Assembly: GCA_030745285.1 (NCBI GenBank)
Contig: JASLOV010000121.1
Location: 1-36,323 of the forward strand
Direction: 5' to 3'
Source: Dehalococcoidia bacterium
GTDB lineage: Bacteria > Chloroflexota > Dehalococcoidia > UBA2979
Length of the DNA stretch: 36,323 nt
Shown here: positions 7,332 through 18,832 of the stretch, one piece after another
How positions within the stretch are numbered: position 1 is the stretch's first letter
Layout of the letters: each line of letters opens with the position of its first letter
Program-made: the position numbers and the translations under genes
The notes under the pieces: generated by a model
Told to the model about the DNA's origin: nothing
Database searches by the model: none
What the model saw: only the letters and a program-made list of their open reading frames with translations

Positions 7332-10300
7332 GTGCTGCCCTCGCTCCTTCCGTCGGACCGCCCGATGACGCGGGGGCGCGAGCAGTACGAAGGGCAGGAC
7401 CGTCCCGGCTTCATGGAGCGCTGGGATGAGTTCGAGGCTCGCCGCCGCGAGGTTGAGCAGGCGGTGGAGCGGGACACGCCGCGCTCCTTCGCGCCGCGCG
7501 ACCCCGCCGAGCCCGTCCCGCTCGAAGTGCTCGATGCGACGCCCTACGTAGAGCTGCAATTGCACTCCAACTACTCGCTGCTGGAGGGGGCTTCGAGCAT
7601 CGACGAGCTGGTCACGGCCGCCCGCGAGCAGGGGCACCGCGCGCTCGCGCTCACCGACCACAACGGGCTCTACGGGGCGATGGAGTTTGCGCGGGCGGCG
7701 AAGGAATCCGGCCTGCGCCCGATCATCGGGCTCGAACTGACGATCACCGAGAGCACTGCTGGGTGGGACGGTGGGGAGGACGTCGAAGGGGACGGCAAGG
7801 AGGGGAGGGCGAACGGCGCCGAGGGTGACTCCGAGGGTGATGGAAGCGGCATCCGTTCGCACATCACCCTGCTGGCGGAGACGAAGCAGGGCTACTCCAA
7901 CCTCTGCCGCCTCTCCAGCATCGCTTTTGGCCTGTTCGAGCAGAGCGATGAGGCGAAGGAGGAGCGGCGGCTGGACCCCTGTGTCGCCATCGAGGAGCTG
8001 GAGCGCCACGCCGCCGGGGTGATTGCGCTCACCGGCTGTCGCGATGGCCGCATCGCCCGTCTGGTGCAGGCGGGGCGCCACACCGAGGCCGAGCGGGCGC
8101 TGAGCCGCCTCGTCGACTGGTTCGGGCCGGAGAACGTCTTCGTCGAATTGCAGGACAACCTCGTCTTCGGCGACCGCTCGCGCAATCACGCGCTCGTCGC
8201 GCTGGCGGAACGGGTCGGGACCGGCGTCGTCGGCACCGGCAACGTGCACTACCACGAATCAGAGCGGCACCGGCTGCAGGACGTGATGGTCGCGATCCGC
8301 CATCGCAAGACCCTGGACGAGTGCCACCGCGAGCGACGCCCGAACGCGGAGTTCTACCTGCGCTCGCCGCAGGAACAGGCGCGGCGCTTCGCCGGCTACC
8401 ACCCGCAGGCGGCGGCGAACTCCGTCCGCATCGCGCGTCGTTGCCGCTTCGATCTCACCGCCGACCTCGGCTACCGGCTGCCTTCGCCCCGGCTCGAAGG
8501 CAGCGAGGAGACGCCGCAGCAGCAGCTAGAGCGCATCTGCCGCGAACGGCTGGCAGAGCGCTATGCCTCGTCCCCACCGCAAGAGCGAGAGGAGGGAGAA
8601 GAACGGCTGACGAAGGAGCTGGGGCTGGTCGAGCGCCACGGCCTGGCGGGCTTCTTCATGATCTATCACCAGATTTTTCAGCTTGCGAAAGAGGTGGCGG
8701 CGGAGATCCGCGGCCCCAGCGTGGGACGCAACCAGGCGAACCTACCCCCGGGCCGCGGGCGCGGCTCCTCGGTCTCCTCGATCATCTGCTACCTGATCGG
8801 GCTCTCACACATCGACCCGGTCAAGAACAAGCTCTTCATCGGTCGTTTCCTGAACGAAGAGATGCACAGCTTCCCGGATATCGACCTTGACTTCGCGCGC
8901 GATATCCGCGCGGAGCTGATCGAGCGCGTCTACGACGTTTGGGGGAAAGACCATGCGGCGCTGGTGGCGATCTTCCCCAGCTACCGCATGCGCAGCGCCG
9001 TCCGTGACATCGGCAAAGCGCTCGGCTTGCCGGCATCGGAGCTCGACCGCGTCGCCCGGCTCGCCGGCCCGTACAGTCACGCGGGCGACACCGGCGATGA
9101 GCTGCGTCGCACCCCCGTGTCGGCGGAGCGTGCCGACGAGCGCGGCTGGCGCGAGCTGGCGGAGCTGTCGGCGCAGCTGGCCGGCTTCCCGCGCCACATG
9201 TCGCAGCATGTCGGCGGGATGGTGATCTCCTCCGAGCCGCTGATCGACTACGTGCCCTGCCAGCCGGCGGCATGGAAGAATCGCTACCTCTGCCACTGGG
9301 ACAAGGACTCGATCGACGACGCGCGCATGGTGAAGATCGACTTCCTGGCGCTGGGCATGCTCTCGGTCGTCGAGGAGACGGTGGACCTCGTCGAATGCCA
9401 CGACGGCGTCAGCCTGGACCTCACCCGCATCGACTTCGAGGACACAGATGTCTACGACGGCATCTGCGCGGGCGACACCGTCGGTGTCTTCCAGATCGAG
9501 TCGCGGGCGCAGATCGCGATGTTGCCGCGCACGCAGCCGCGCAACCTCCAGGACCTGGCGGTGCAGGTCTCGATCGTGCGGCCGGGGCCGATCGTGGGCG
9601 GGGCGGTGAACCCGTACGTCCGGCGTCGCGAGCGCCAGCGCCGCGACCCGCGCTACGTGCCGGAGGTGCCGCACCCGCTGGTGCGCAGCGTGCTGGAGGA
9701 GACGCTGGGCGTGGTGATCTACCAGGAGCAGGTGCTGCTGGTTGCGGAGAAGCTCGCTGGCTTCACCCCCGGTGAGGCCGACCAGTTCCGGCGCGCGATG
9801 AGCCGCAAACGCTCGCTGGAGGCGATGGAGGGCTACCGCGAGCGCTTCATGGAGGGCGCCCGCGAGCGGAACGTGCCGGCCGGCGTCGCGGCGAAGGTGT
9901 TCGAGAACCTGCTCGGCTTCGCCGAGTTCGGGTTCCCGAAGAGCCACGGTTCGGCCTTCGCGCTGCTCGCCTATCAGACGACGTGGCTGAAGCGGTACCA
10001 TCCCGCGCCGTTCTTCTGCGGGCTCTTCAACAACCAGCCGATGGGGTTCTACCCGCCGCACGTGCTCACGAACGACGCCCTGCGCCACGAGATCGAGGTG
10101 CGCCGTCCCGACATCAACATCAGCGACGCGGCGTGTTCAGTGGAGGACCCGGAGACGGGCCGGGGCGCGGTCCGCGTCGGCCTGGGCTACGTGCGCGGCG
10201 TCGGCGAGGCGGGCGGGCGGAGGATCGACGAGGAGCGTGCGCGCACCGGCCCGTTCCGCTCGCTCTTCGACTTCATGCAGCGCACGGGTCTGAGCCGTGA

Positions 10301-10904
10301 GGCGACGACGAACCTGATCCGCATCGGCGCGTTCGACGACTTCGGGCTCAACCGCCGGGAGCTGATCTGGCAGCTCGGCCTCTTCGCCGACGGGTTGCAG
10401 CGAGCGGTGCTCGACCGGCCGCAGGAGCGGCAGTTGCGGCTGGAGCTGTCGACGAAGCAGGACGAGGTGGCGCTGGCCGACTTCAACGACTACCAGAGCA
10501 TGGCCGCCGACTACGATCTGCTTTCGCTCTCGCCGGACAGCCACCCGATGCAATTCCTGCGCCCGGCGCTCGGCGAGGGGGTCGCCTCCAGCCTGCACCT
10601 GCGCGCGATGGGGGGCGGCCAGGTGGTGGAAGTCTCCGGCCTCGTGGTCTGCCGCCAGCGGCCGCTCACGGCCAAGGGGATCATCTTCCTGCTGCTGGAG
10701 GACGAATTCGGGCTCGTCAACGTGCTCGTGAGCAAGGAACTCTCCGAGCGCTACAACGAGGTGGTCCGCACTGCGGCCTTCGTGCGCGTGCGGGGCGTGC
10801 TCGAGCGCCGCGCCGGCGAGCAGCGCACGCTCGTCGCTTCCGCGATGCGGGAGGTCCTGCCGGAACAGGCGATGCGCATGCCGAGCGGCAAGTCGTGGGG
10901 CTAA
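7332..10904 (+). CDS. dnaE2: Error-prone DNA polymerase III alpha-type subunit DnaE2
   Basis: PHP domain motifs (YVELQLHSNYSLLEGAS, LALTDHNGLYG), a Pol III alpha core and a C-terminal OB region. It is ~1190 aa and follows imuB. The start is uncertain: GTG 7332, ATG 7365 or ATG 7413. Confidence 0.9.
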   Translation: MLPSLLPSDRPMTRGREQYEGQDRPGFMERWDEFEARRREVEQAVERDTPRSFAPRDPAEPVPLEVLDATPYVELQLHSNYSLLEGASSIDELVTAAREQGHRALALTDHNGLYGAMEFARAAKESGLRPIIGLELTITESTAGWDGGEDVEGDGKEGRANGAEGDSEGDGSGIRSHITLLAETKQGYSNLCRLSSIAFGLFEQSDEAKEERRLDPCVAIEELERHAAGVIALTGCRDGRIARLVQAGRHTEAERALSRLVDWFGPENVFVELQDNLVFGDRSRNHALVALAERVGTGVVGTGNVHYHESERHRLQDVMVAIRHRKTLDECHRERRPNAEFYLRSPQEQARRFAGYHPQAAANSVRIARRCRFDLTADLGYRLPSPRLEGSEETPQQQLERICRERLAERYASSPPQEREEGEERLTKELGLVERHGLAGFFMIYHQIFQLAKEVAAEIRGPSVGRNQANLPPGRGRGSSVSSIICYLIGLSHIDPVKNKLFIGRFLNEEMHSFPDIDLDFARDIRAELIERVYDVWGKDHAALVAIFPSYRMRSAVRDIGKALGLPASELDRVARLAGPYSHAGDTGDELRRTPVSAERADERGWRELAELSAQLAGFPRHMSQHVGGMVISSEPLIDYVPCQPAAWKNRYLCHWDKDSIDDARMVKIDFLALGMLSVVEETVDLVECHDGVSLDLTRIDFEDTDVYDGICAGDTVGVFQIESRAQIAMLPRTQPRNLQDLAVQVSIVRPGPIVGGAVNPYVRRRERQRRDPRYVPEVPHPLVRSVLEETLGVVIYQEQVLLVAEKLAGFTPGEADQFRRAMSRKRSLEAMEGYRERFMEGARERNVPAGVAAKVFENLLGFAEFGFPKSHGSAFALLAYQTTWLKRYHPAPFFCGLFNNQPMGFYPPHVLTNDALRHEIEVRRPDINISDAACSVEDPETGRGAVRVGLGYVRGVGEAGGRRIDEERARTGPFRSLFDFMQRTGLSREATTNLIRIGAFDDFGLNRRELIWQLGLFADGLQRAVLDRPQERQLRLELSTKQDEVALADFNDYQSMAADYDLLSLSPDSHPMQFLRPALGEGVASSLHLRAMGGGQVVEVSGLVVCRQRPLTAKGIIFLLLEDEFGLVNVLVSKELSERYNEVVRTAAFVRVRGVLERRAGEQRTLVASAMREVLPEQAMRMPSGKSWG

Positions 10905-10969
10905 CGCCGGGCTGTCGAGCTACGCAGCGCTGAACCCGTCGACTAGGATGGCGGCCGAGGGGATGAGCC

Positions 10970-11401
10970 ATGGCCGAAACCGATGTCGAACGCAACGCCG
11001 CCTCCGCGAGCGCGCTGGCTGAACTGACGGCACGTCTCGGCGAGGATGAGCTGGGCCGTTCGCTCGGCGGGGGATGGACGGTCGCGTCCGCGCTCGTGCA
11101 CCTCGCGTTCTGGGACGGACGGCAGGCGGCTGCGCTGCGACACTACGCCGCCACCGGCGCACGCCTGGAGGACGACAGCGACGATGCGGTGAACGAAGGG
11201 CTCGCACCGCTGCTCGCGCACATCGACCCGGCCGCCGCGGTCATGCTGGCGACCGACGCGGCCGAAGCCGTCGATACGGCGGTGGCGGAGCTGACCTCGG
11301 ACGTGCGGGACGCGTTGCGCGCGACGGGTGACGCCTACGAGGTTCAGCGCTGGTGGCACCGCGAGGAACACATCGCGCAGATCGAGGCCGCACTCGACTA
11401 G
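10970..11401 (+). CDS. DinB/MDMPI-N-like four-helix-bundle family protein
   Basis: 143 aa. The signatures WTVASALVHLAFWD and a C-terminal H-containing helix (WWHREEHIAQIE) are typical of the DinB superfamily. Confidence 0.6.
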   Translation: MAETDVERNAASASALAELTARLGEDELGRSLGGGWTVASALVHLAFWDGRQAAALRHYAATGARLEDDSDDAVNEGLAPLLAHIDPAAAVMLATDAAEAVDTAVAELTSDVRDALRATGDAYEVQRWWHREEHIAQIEAALD

Positions 11402-11446
11402 GCTCGCCGCACGTCGAGCCGCACCGGGAAGCAGGAGGGACGCACC

Positions 11447-12217
11447 ATGAAAGAGCTGATCGACGACCTCGTCGCCGAGCAGGACTACCTCGATGCGGCG
11501 CTCGCCGGCGTGCCGCACGAGCGCTGGGACGTCGCATCGCCCGCCGAGGGCTGGCTGCTGCGCGACTGCATCGCCCACCTGGCCGATTCCGACGACCTTG
11601 CGGCGGAGATCGCGGCGACGGGTGAGTTTCCGCAACGGGAAGAGCCGCCCGGCGAGGGCGTGCGCCGCGGCCGTCAGGTTGAGGCACTCGCAATGAGCGT
11701 GGACGAGCTGACGGAGTGGTGGCGGCAGGCTCGTGCCCGGCTCGAGACCGCGCTGCGTCCGCTCGATTCGAAGACCCGTCTGCCCTGGGCGGGGCGGTCG
11801 CTGGGGGTGCGCTCCTTCACGACCGCGCGGCTGATGGAGTGCTGGTCGCACGGCCTGGACGCGTTGGAAGCAGGCGGGGTCGAAGCCGTCGATAGCGATC
11901 GCCTGCGCCACGTCGCCCACCTCGGGTACGCGACGCGCGATTTCGCGTATCTCAATCGGAAGATGGAGCCCAGCGCCGCGCCGCTGCGCGTGGAGCTGGA
12001 AGCGCCGTCCGGCGCCCGCTGGACGTGGGGGCCGGAGGATGCGGCGGACCGCATCGTGGGGACGGCCGGCGACTTCTGCCGCGTCGTCACCCAGCGCATC
12101 CACTACCTGGACACGGAGCTGGCGGCCGAGGGCGATGCCGCCCGCGAATTCCTGAGGGTGGCGCAGGCATTCGCCGGGCCGCCCGGCGCCGGCCGCCAGC
12201 CCAGCGGCGAACACTGA
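11447..12217 (+). CDS. TIGR03084-type maleylpyruvate-isomerase-family (mycothiol-dependent-like) protein
   Basis: N-terminal DinB-like domain (LIDDLVAEQDYLD..W..PAEGWLLRDCIAHL) and a C-terminal region ending AQAFAGPPG. GGAGGG lies 7 nt upstream of the ATG. Confidence 0.7.
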   Translation: MKELIDDLVAEQDYLDAALAGVPHERWDVASPAEGWLLRDCIAHLADSDDLAAEIAATGEFPQREEPPGEGVRRGRQVEALAMSVDELTEWWRQARARLETALRPLDSKTRLPWAGRSLGVRSFTTARLMECWSHGLDALEAGGVEAVDSDRLRHVAHLGYATRDFAYLNRKMEPSAAPLRVELEAPSGARWTWGPEDAADRIVGTAGDFCRVVTQRIHYLDTELAAEGDAAREFLRVAQAFAGPPGAGRQPSGEH

Positions 12218-13106
12218 TCGGAGGCCGCCGTCCCCGAGCACTCCGTCGATCATCTTGCCGGCCAGCCGATCTGGTCCGAGTCGGTCGAGATCGACTGTGC
12301 GACGCCGGGGAGTGAAGTCGCGTTCGGCGCCCGGCTGTGCCGCTACCCGACCGCGGGGACGTCGTAGCTCTGGGTGCGTGCCATCGTTCACGGCAGGCTG
12401 TACTGCTACAACGACAACTACCTGCCCTGCAGCGAAGGCGTCACCGCGGTCGACTCGGCGGCAGCTGCGTACACCCTCGACGGCGACCCGGCTGCTGCCT
12501 TCAGCCGCGACGGTTCGCGCGATGCGGTGCGTGAGGCGCGTCTGACGCTCGCCGTTCGAGCGCACGAGGAGCCCCACCCGGGCCACGGTCCGGGAGATGT
12601 CCCGGTTTCGATCGAAGCGGTCATGACCGCTCCGCATGCCGCCCAGGCGACCCGGCCGGGCCGCATCGAGGTCATTGGCGAGATCGCGGCGACGCTGCGC
12701 GTCGGCGACCGCGCCGTGGAGCTACGTGAAGCAGGCAAGTGGCACGAACAGCACCAGGAGCCGCCGCGCTGGGGCAATGGGGTTCACCTACATCAGCCTT
12801 CGGAACGAGCAGACGTCGCTGCTCGCCACGGGCACGACCCGCGGTGCCGGCGGCTTCCTCCGTCGCGGCTCAGAGTTCCGCCGTGTCGTTGCGCTCGAAG
12901 CCGGCGAGCCGGGCCCCCGCCGCTCGCTGCGCGTCACGCTCGATGGCGGCGAAGTGCTCGAGGGCGTGGCAGAGACGGTGCATGCCTACTCGGTGCCGAT
13001 CTACAACGGGCGCAGGCCGGGGACGAACGTCGTCGCGAGGCTGGGCAGTGAGAAGCAGGGCGACGAGCGGCTGGGCGGCATCATCAATCACTGGATCCCG
13101 CGGTAG
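12218..13106 (+). pseudogene. Decayed hypothetical gene with a lost start, an in-frame TAG and a frameshift
   Basis: High-GC3 coding signal starts right after the TIGR03084 stop. GGAGG (12220-12224) is followed at ideal spacing by GTC (12230) instead of GTG. An in-frame TAG lies at 12365-12367 (...PTAGTS*LWVRAIVHG...). The frame switches between 12765 and 12785 (G-runs), from ...HEQHQEPPRW to GFTYISLRNEQTSLL...GGIINHWIPR, with the stop at 13106. Confidence 0.6.
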
Positions 13107-13215
13107 CGTGCTTCACGGGCTGTGCTAGCCTCCGGTTCCGGAGCCACTCGTCGCAGCAGCCGGGGAGATCGATGGCGAACAACGCACGCATACACGCTCC
13201 GATGGCCGGCTAGGC

Positions 13216-13989
13216 ATGGACCTGGGACTGGCGGGCCGTTCGGCGATCGTCACGGGCGGCAGTCGTGGCATTGGCCTCGCGATCGCGCAGGCCCTCGCCG
13301 CGGAGGGGGCGCAGCTGACGATCTGCGCGCGCAACGAGGACGGGCTGGTCGAGGCGGCGCGACTGATCGGTGCGAGCAGCCCTGACGCGGGCGACGTGCT
13401 GACGGTCGCCTGCGACGTCACCGTGGCCGAGGACTGTCAGCGCCTGGTCGCCGCCGCGGCCGAACGCCACGGCGGCATCGACATCCTCGTCAACAACGCC
13501 GGCGCATCGTTGCGCGGCGACGATCTCGACGAGGTCTGGCGCGGCTCGTTCGAACTGAACACGCTCGCCTCCGTCCGCCTGATGGAGCTGGCACGACCCT
13601 TGCTGGCACGAGCCGAGGGCGGCGGCGCGGTCGTCAACATCGCCTCGATCTTCGGCCGCGAGTCAGGCGGCTCGGCCCAGTACAACGCGACGAAGTCCGC
13701 CCAGATCGCGATGGCGAAGTCGTACGCGCTGGAGTGGGGGGCGGACGGCATTCGCGTCAACAGCGTCGCCCCCGGCTCGATCGCCTTTCCGGGCGGCTCG
13801 TGGGGGCGTCGCCTGGAGGAGAATCCCGAGGAGATGGCCGCCTTCATCGATGCCAACATCGCCTCCGGCCGTTTTGGCAGGCCGGAGGAGGTGGCCGCGG
13901 TCGTCGCTTTCCTCGCCTCGCCACGCGCCTCGTGGGTGGTGGGCGCGACCGTCAATGTCGATGGCGGGCAGTCACGTTCGAACATCTAG
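13216..13989 (+). CDS. Short-chain dehydrogenase/reductase (FabG-like)
   Basis: TGGSRGIG cofactor motif, NNAG, and the catalytic YNATKSA (YxxxK). Confidence 0.9.
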   Translation: MDLGLAGRSAIVTGGSRGIGLAIAQALAAEGAQLTICARNEDGLVEAARLIGASSPDAGDVLTVACDVTVAEDCQRLVAAAAERHGGIDILVNNAGASLRGDDLDEVWRGSFELNTLASVRLMELARPLLARAEGGGAVVNIASIFGRESGGSAQYNATKSAQIAMAKSYALEWGADGIRVNSVAPGSIAFPGGSWGRRLEENPEEMAAFIDANIASGRFGRPEEVAAVVAFLASPRASWVVGATVNVDGGQSRSNI

Positions 13990-14085
13990 CGCCCCCGACC
14001 GTATCGGCCGACACATTGACGGCCGCGCATGTGGCCCTGATTCTCGAATGAGGCTCTTTCACCACGAGAGCGAAAGGGGCAAGAC

Positions 14086-15156
14086 ATGATCTGGATCATC
14101 GGAGAAGCGGTGCTGCTCGGCGTCGCCGTACTCGTAGCGCTGGCCGCGCTGGCCGGCGCGTTCCGGCTGCCGGCGCGGACGAACTTCGGCGAAGTGATTC
14201 GGCCAGCGCAGGACCTGACGCGCACCGCGATTCTTGGCGTAGGCATCGTCTTTGTCATCGCGACGATCGGGCTGACCGTCTGGCGTTCGTACTACCCGAT
14301 CCCGGCGGGGGAGGTCGGCGTCGTCTCGGAGTTCGGCAAGATCGTCAGCCAGGTCGACGAGGGACCGCAGTTCATCGCACCGTGGCAAGACCTGCGCAAG
14401 GTCGACATCAAGGTGCAGCGGGCGGAGTTCCGAGACGGAGTACTCGGCCGCATCTCGGCGGCGTCGGCAGAGACGCAGAACGTCTTCTTCAATGTCACGC
14501 TCAACTGGCAGGTCAGCCCGAGTGCGGTTCAGGGCCTGATGCGTAACGTCGGGCCGGACTTCTTCAACACGCTCGTCCCGACGCGTGTCCGCCAGTTCTT
14601 CAAAGCGGAGGTCGTGAAGTTCACCGCCGTGGAAGCGACGCAGAAGCGCGAGGAGATCCGCGTTGCCGTCGAGGGGGCGCTGAGAGCCGACCTCAACGAG
14701 CGCTCGCTGATCGTGGTCGCGCTGCTGATCGACGACATCTCGTACGAGTCCGCGTTCGAGCAGTCGATCGAGTCCAAGCAGGTGGCGAGCCAGGATGCGC
14801 TGCGCGCGCAGGAGGTGGTCGCGCAACGTACCGCCGAGGCGCTGCAGGCCGAGGCCCAGGCGAAGGGCGAGGCCGCCGCGCAGGTCGCCCGCGCGGAGGG
14901 TGACAAGCTCGCTCGCATCCTCACGGCGGAAGCGGAGAACCAGGCCCGCATCCTCGCCGCCGAGGCGGAGGCGGCGGCGCTCGTGCTGGAGGGCGACGCG
15001 AAGGCGGAGGCGAACAGGGCGATCGCCGCGTCGCTGACGACCGACCTGATCCAGTTTGAGGCATTGAAGCAGCTCGCCGGCGTCGAGATTGCCCTGCTGC
15101 CGGCGGGGTCGAACTTCCTGCTCGACCCGACGAACATCCTGCGGAGGTCTCCGTAG
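14086..15156 (+). CDS. SPFH/Band-7 (prohibitin/stomatin-like) membrane protein
   Basis: N-terminal TM helices are followed by [17 protein letters not shown]...[16 protein letters not shown] and an Ala/Glu-rich coiled-coil tail. AGGGG Shine-Dalgarno site. Confidence 0.8.
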   Translation: MIWIIGEAVLLGVAVLVALAALAGAFRLPARTNFGEVIRPAQDLTRTAILGVGIVFVIATIGLTVWRSYYPIPAGEVGVVSEFGKIVSQVDEGPQFIAPWQDLRKVDIKVQRAEFRDGVLGRISAASAETQNVFFNVTLNWQVSPSAVQGLMRNVGPDFFNTLVPTRVRQFFKAEVVKFTAVEATQKREEIRVAVEGALRADLNERSLIVVALLIDDISYESAFEQSIESKQVASQDALRAQEVVAQRTAEALQAEAQAKGEAAAQVARAEGDKLARILTAEAENQARILAAEAEAAALVLEGDAKAEANRAIAASLTTDLIQFEALKQLAGVEIALLPAGSNFLLDPTNILRRSP

Positions 15157-15189
15157 CGAATTCGGCGGGGAAGCTGTAGAGACTCGGAC

Positions 15190-15222
15190 GGGGTGGGTGG
15201 CGCGGGCCGTGCCTCCCACCCC
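15190..15222 (+). terminator. GC-rich hairpin after the SPFH gene (possible terminator, no U-tract)
   Basis: GGGGTGGGTGG (15190-15200) pairs with CCTCCCACCCC (15212-15222): an 11-bp stem with one mismatch and an 11-nt loop. Confidence 0.35.
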
Positions 15223-15225
15223 ACT

Positions 15226-15251
15226 TCCCCGGCGAGCGTCCCCGGCGAGCG
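15226..15251. repeat. Perfect tandem duplication, 13 bp x2 (TCCCCGGCGAGCG)
   Basis: tccccggcgagcg tccccggcgagcg, in the typA leader. Confidence 0.95.
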
Positions 15252-15337
15252 CCCCCGCGGAAGCCCTCTCTGCCCCTGGAGCGGCGGGTGCTACGGTGGA
15301 AGCCCACGATTTTCGTCTGACTTCTGCCGGAGACCGC

Positions 15338-17227
<1,890 letters not shown>

Positions 17228-17312
17228 GCCGGCTCCGTCAGCGCCCGAGTCTCTTTAACGCCCGGGACTCCGCTGCCCAAGACTCTGTTGGCCAAGGAAG
17301 GCCTCGATACGC

Positions 17313-18770
17313 TCAACGTCGAGGTGCGCGCGCGTGTTGGGCCAGTCGGTCGAACTCGCGTTCGCGGTCGAACGCCCGCAGCGTGGTCTCACCCCGGCCG
17401 AGGCCGCTGAGCAGCGCATGGCGCAACGCGTCGTTATGGAAGAGGCCGTGCAGGTAGGTCCCGGCGACCCGCCCATCCCCCGAGATCGCTCCGTCGGCGT
17501 GCCCGTTGAGTGTCAGCAGCGGGCGCGCGGCGCCTTCCGTCGTCCCCATGTGGATCTCGTAGCCTTCGACCGCTGCGCCGGCGGCGGCCTGCCACGCGCC
17601 GCCTGACCCCTCGACGTGGCCGCTGCTGCGCACGGTCGTCTTCTCAGCCGCGAAGGTCGTGGTGAGCGGCAGCAGGGCCAGCCCCTCGACCACGTTGCCG
17701 GGCGCGGTCTCGACGCCGCCCGGGTCGTGGATGCGCTCGCCGAGCATCTGGAAGCCGCCGCAGATGCCGAGCACCGACGCGCCGTCCGCGTGCGCCCGTC
17801 TCACCGCCTCGTCCAGCCCCGCACCGCGCAGTGCCTCCAGGTCGGCGACCGTCGCCTTCGTGCCCGGCAGGATCACGAGCTGCGGCCGGCCGAGGTCCTG
17901 CGGGCGCGAGACGTAGCGCAGCCGCACGCTCGGCTCGTCGACGAACGGGTCGAAGTCGTCGAAGTTGGCGATCCTCGGCAGGCGGACCACCGCGATGTCG
18001 ACGTCGGTCTCGGTCCCGCCCGTTTCGCCCGCCGCCGGAGACGCGCGTTCGAGCACCACGGCATCCTCGTCGGCGATGCGCAGGTCATCGAGCCACGGGA
18101 TCACTCCTAGCACAGGGATGCCGGTGCGGCGCTCGAGATCGTCGATCGCGGGTGTGAGCAGCGACGGGTCGCCGCGGAAGCGGTTGATCACGAACCCGCG
18201 CACCAGCGCCCGTTCCTCCGGCGCCAGCAACTCCATCGTGCCGACGAGGTGCGCGAAGACGCCGCCGCGGTCGATGTCGCCGACGAGCAGCACCGTCGCG
18301 TCCGTGTGCAGCGCCACGCTCATGTTCACGATGTCGCCCTCGCGCAGGTTTGTCTCGGCCGGGCTGCCGGCCCCCTCTGCCACCACCAGATCGTAGTCGT
18401 TGCGCAGGGACGCGAGGGCTCGCTCGACGGCGGGCCAGAGTTCGCGCCGGGCCGCGAAACTGCCCGCGTGGAGCGTGCCGGCGGGGCGACCGTCCAGCAC
18501 GATCTGCGAGGTGCGGTCGCCCTGCGGCTTCAGCAATACCGGGTTCATCTGCACGGTGGGCGCCAGGCCGGCCGCCGCGGCCTGCTCCGACTGGGCGCGC
18601 CCGATCTCCAGCCCGTCGGCGGTGACGTCCGCCTTGTTCGACATGTTCTGAGCCTTGAACGGCGCGACGCGCACGCCGTCCTGCCGGAAGATGCGGCACA
18701 GCGCCGTCGTCAGCACCGACTTGCCGACGGACGAGGCCGTGCCCAGCACCATCAGCACCGGTGCGGTCAT
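17313..18770 (-). CDS. cobQ: Cobyric acid synthase
   Basis: MTAPVLMVLGTASSVGKSVLTTALCR (P-loop-like) and the GATase motif GICGGFQMLG. ATG 18770 is the 67th codon of track ORF 17313..18968; the upstream part of that ORF is Arg/Gly junk. Confidence 0.9.
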   Translation of the reverse strand: MTAPVLMVLGTASSVGKSVLTTALCRIFRQDGVRVAPFKAQNMSNKADVTADGLEIGRAQSEQAAAAGLAPTVQMNPVLLKPQGDRTSQIVLDGRPAGTLHAGSFAARRELWPAVERALASLRNDYDLVVAEGAGSPAETNLREGDIVNMSVALHTDATVLLVGDIDRGGVFAHLVGTMELLAPEERALVRGFVINRFRGDPSLLTPAIDDLERRTGIPVLGVIPWLDDLRIADEDAVVLERASPAAGETGGTETDVDIAVVRLPRIANFDDFDPFVDEPSVRLRYVSRPQDLGRPQLVILPGTKATVADLEALRGAGLDEAVRRAHADGASVLGICGGFQMLGERIHDPGGVETAPGNVVEGLALLPLTTTFAAEKTTVRSSGHVEGSGGAWQAAAGAAVEGYEIHMGTTEGAARPLLTLNGHADGAISGDGRVAGTYLHGLFHNDALRHALLSGLGRGETTLRAFDREREFDRLAQHARAPRR

Positions 18771-18832
18771 GTCAGGTCGCTCGTCATGGCGCTCCGTCTT
18801 CCTTCGTGTTTCCTTCGCACTCGGACCGCCAA

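Noticed and set aside
17228-17312. A terminator between the convergent typA and cobQ genes.
   Set aside because: Only 5-6-bp stems with very large loops (GAGTCT...AGACTC) and no U-tract are present, which is too weak to call.
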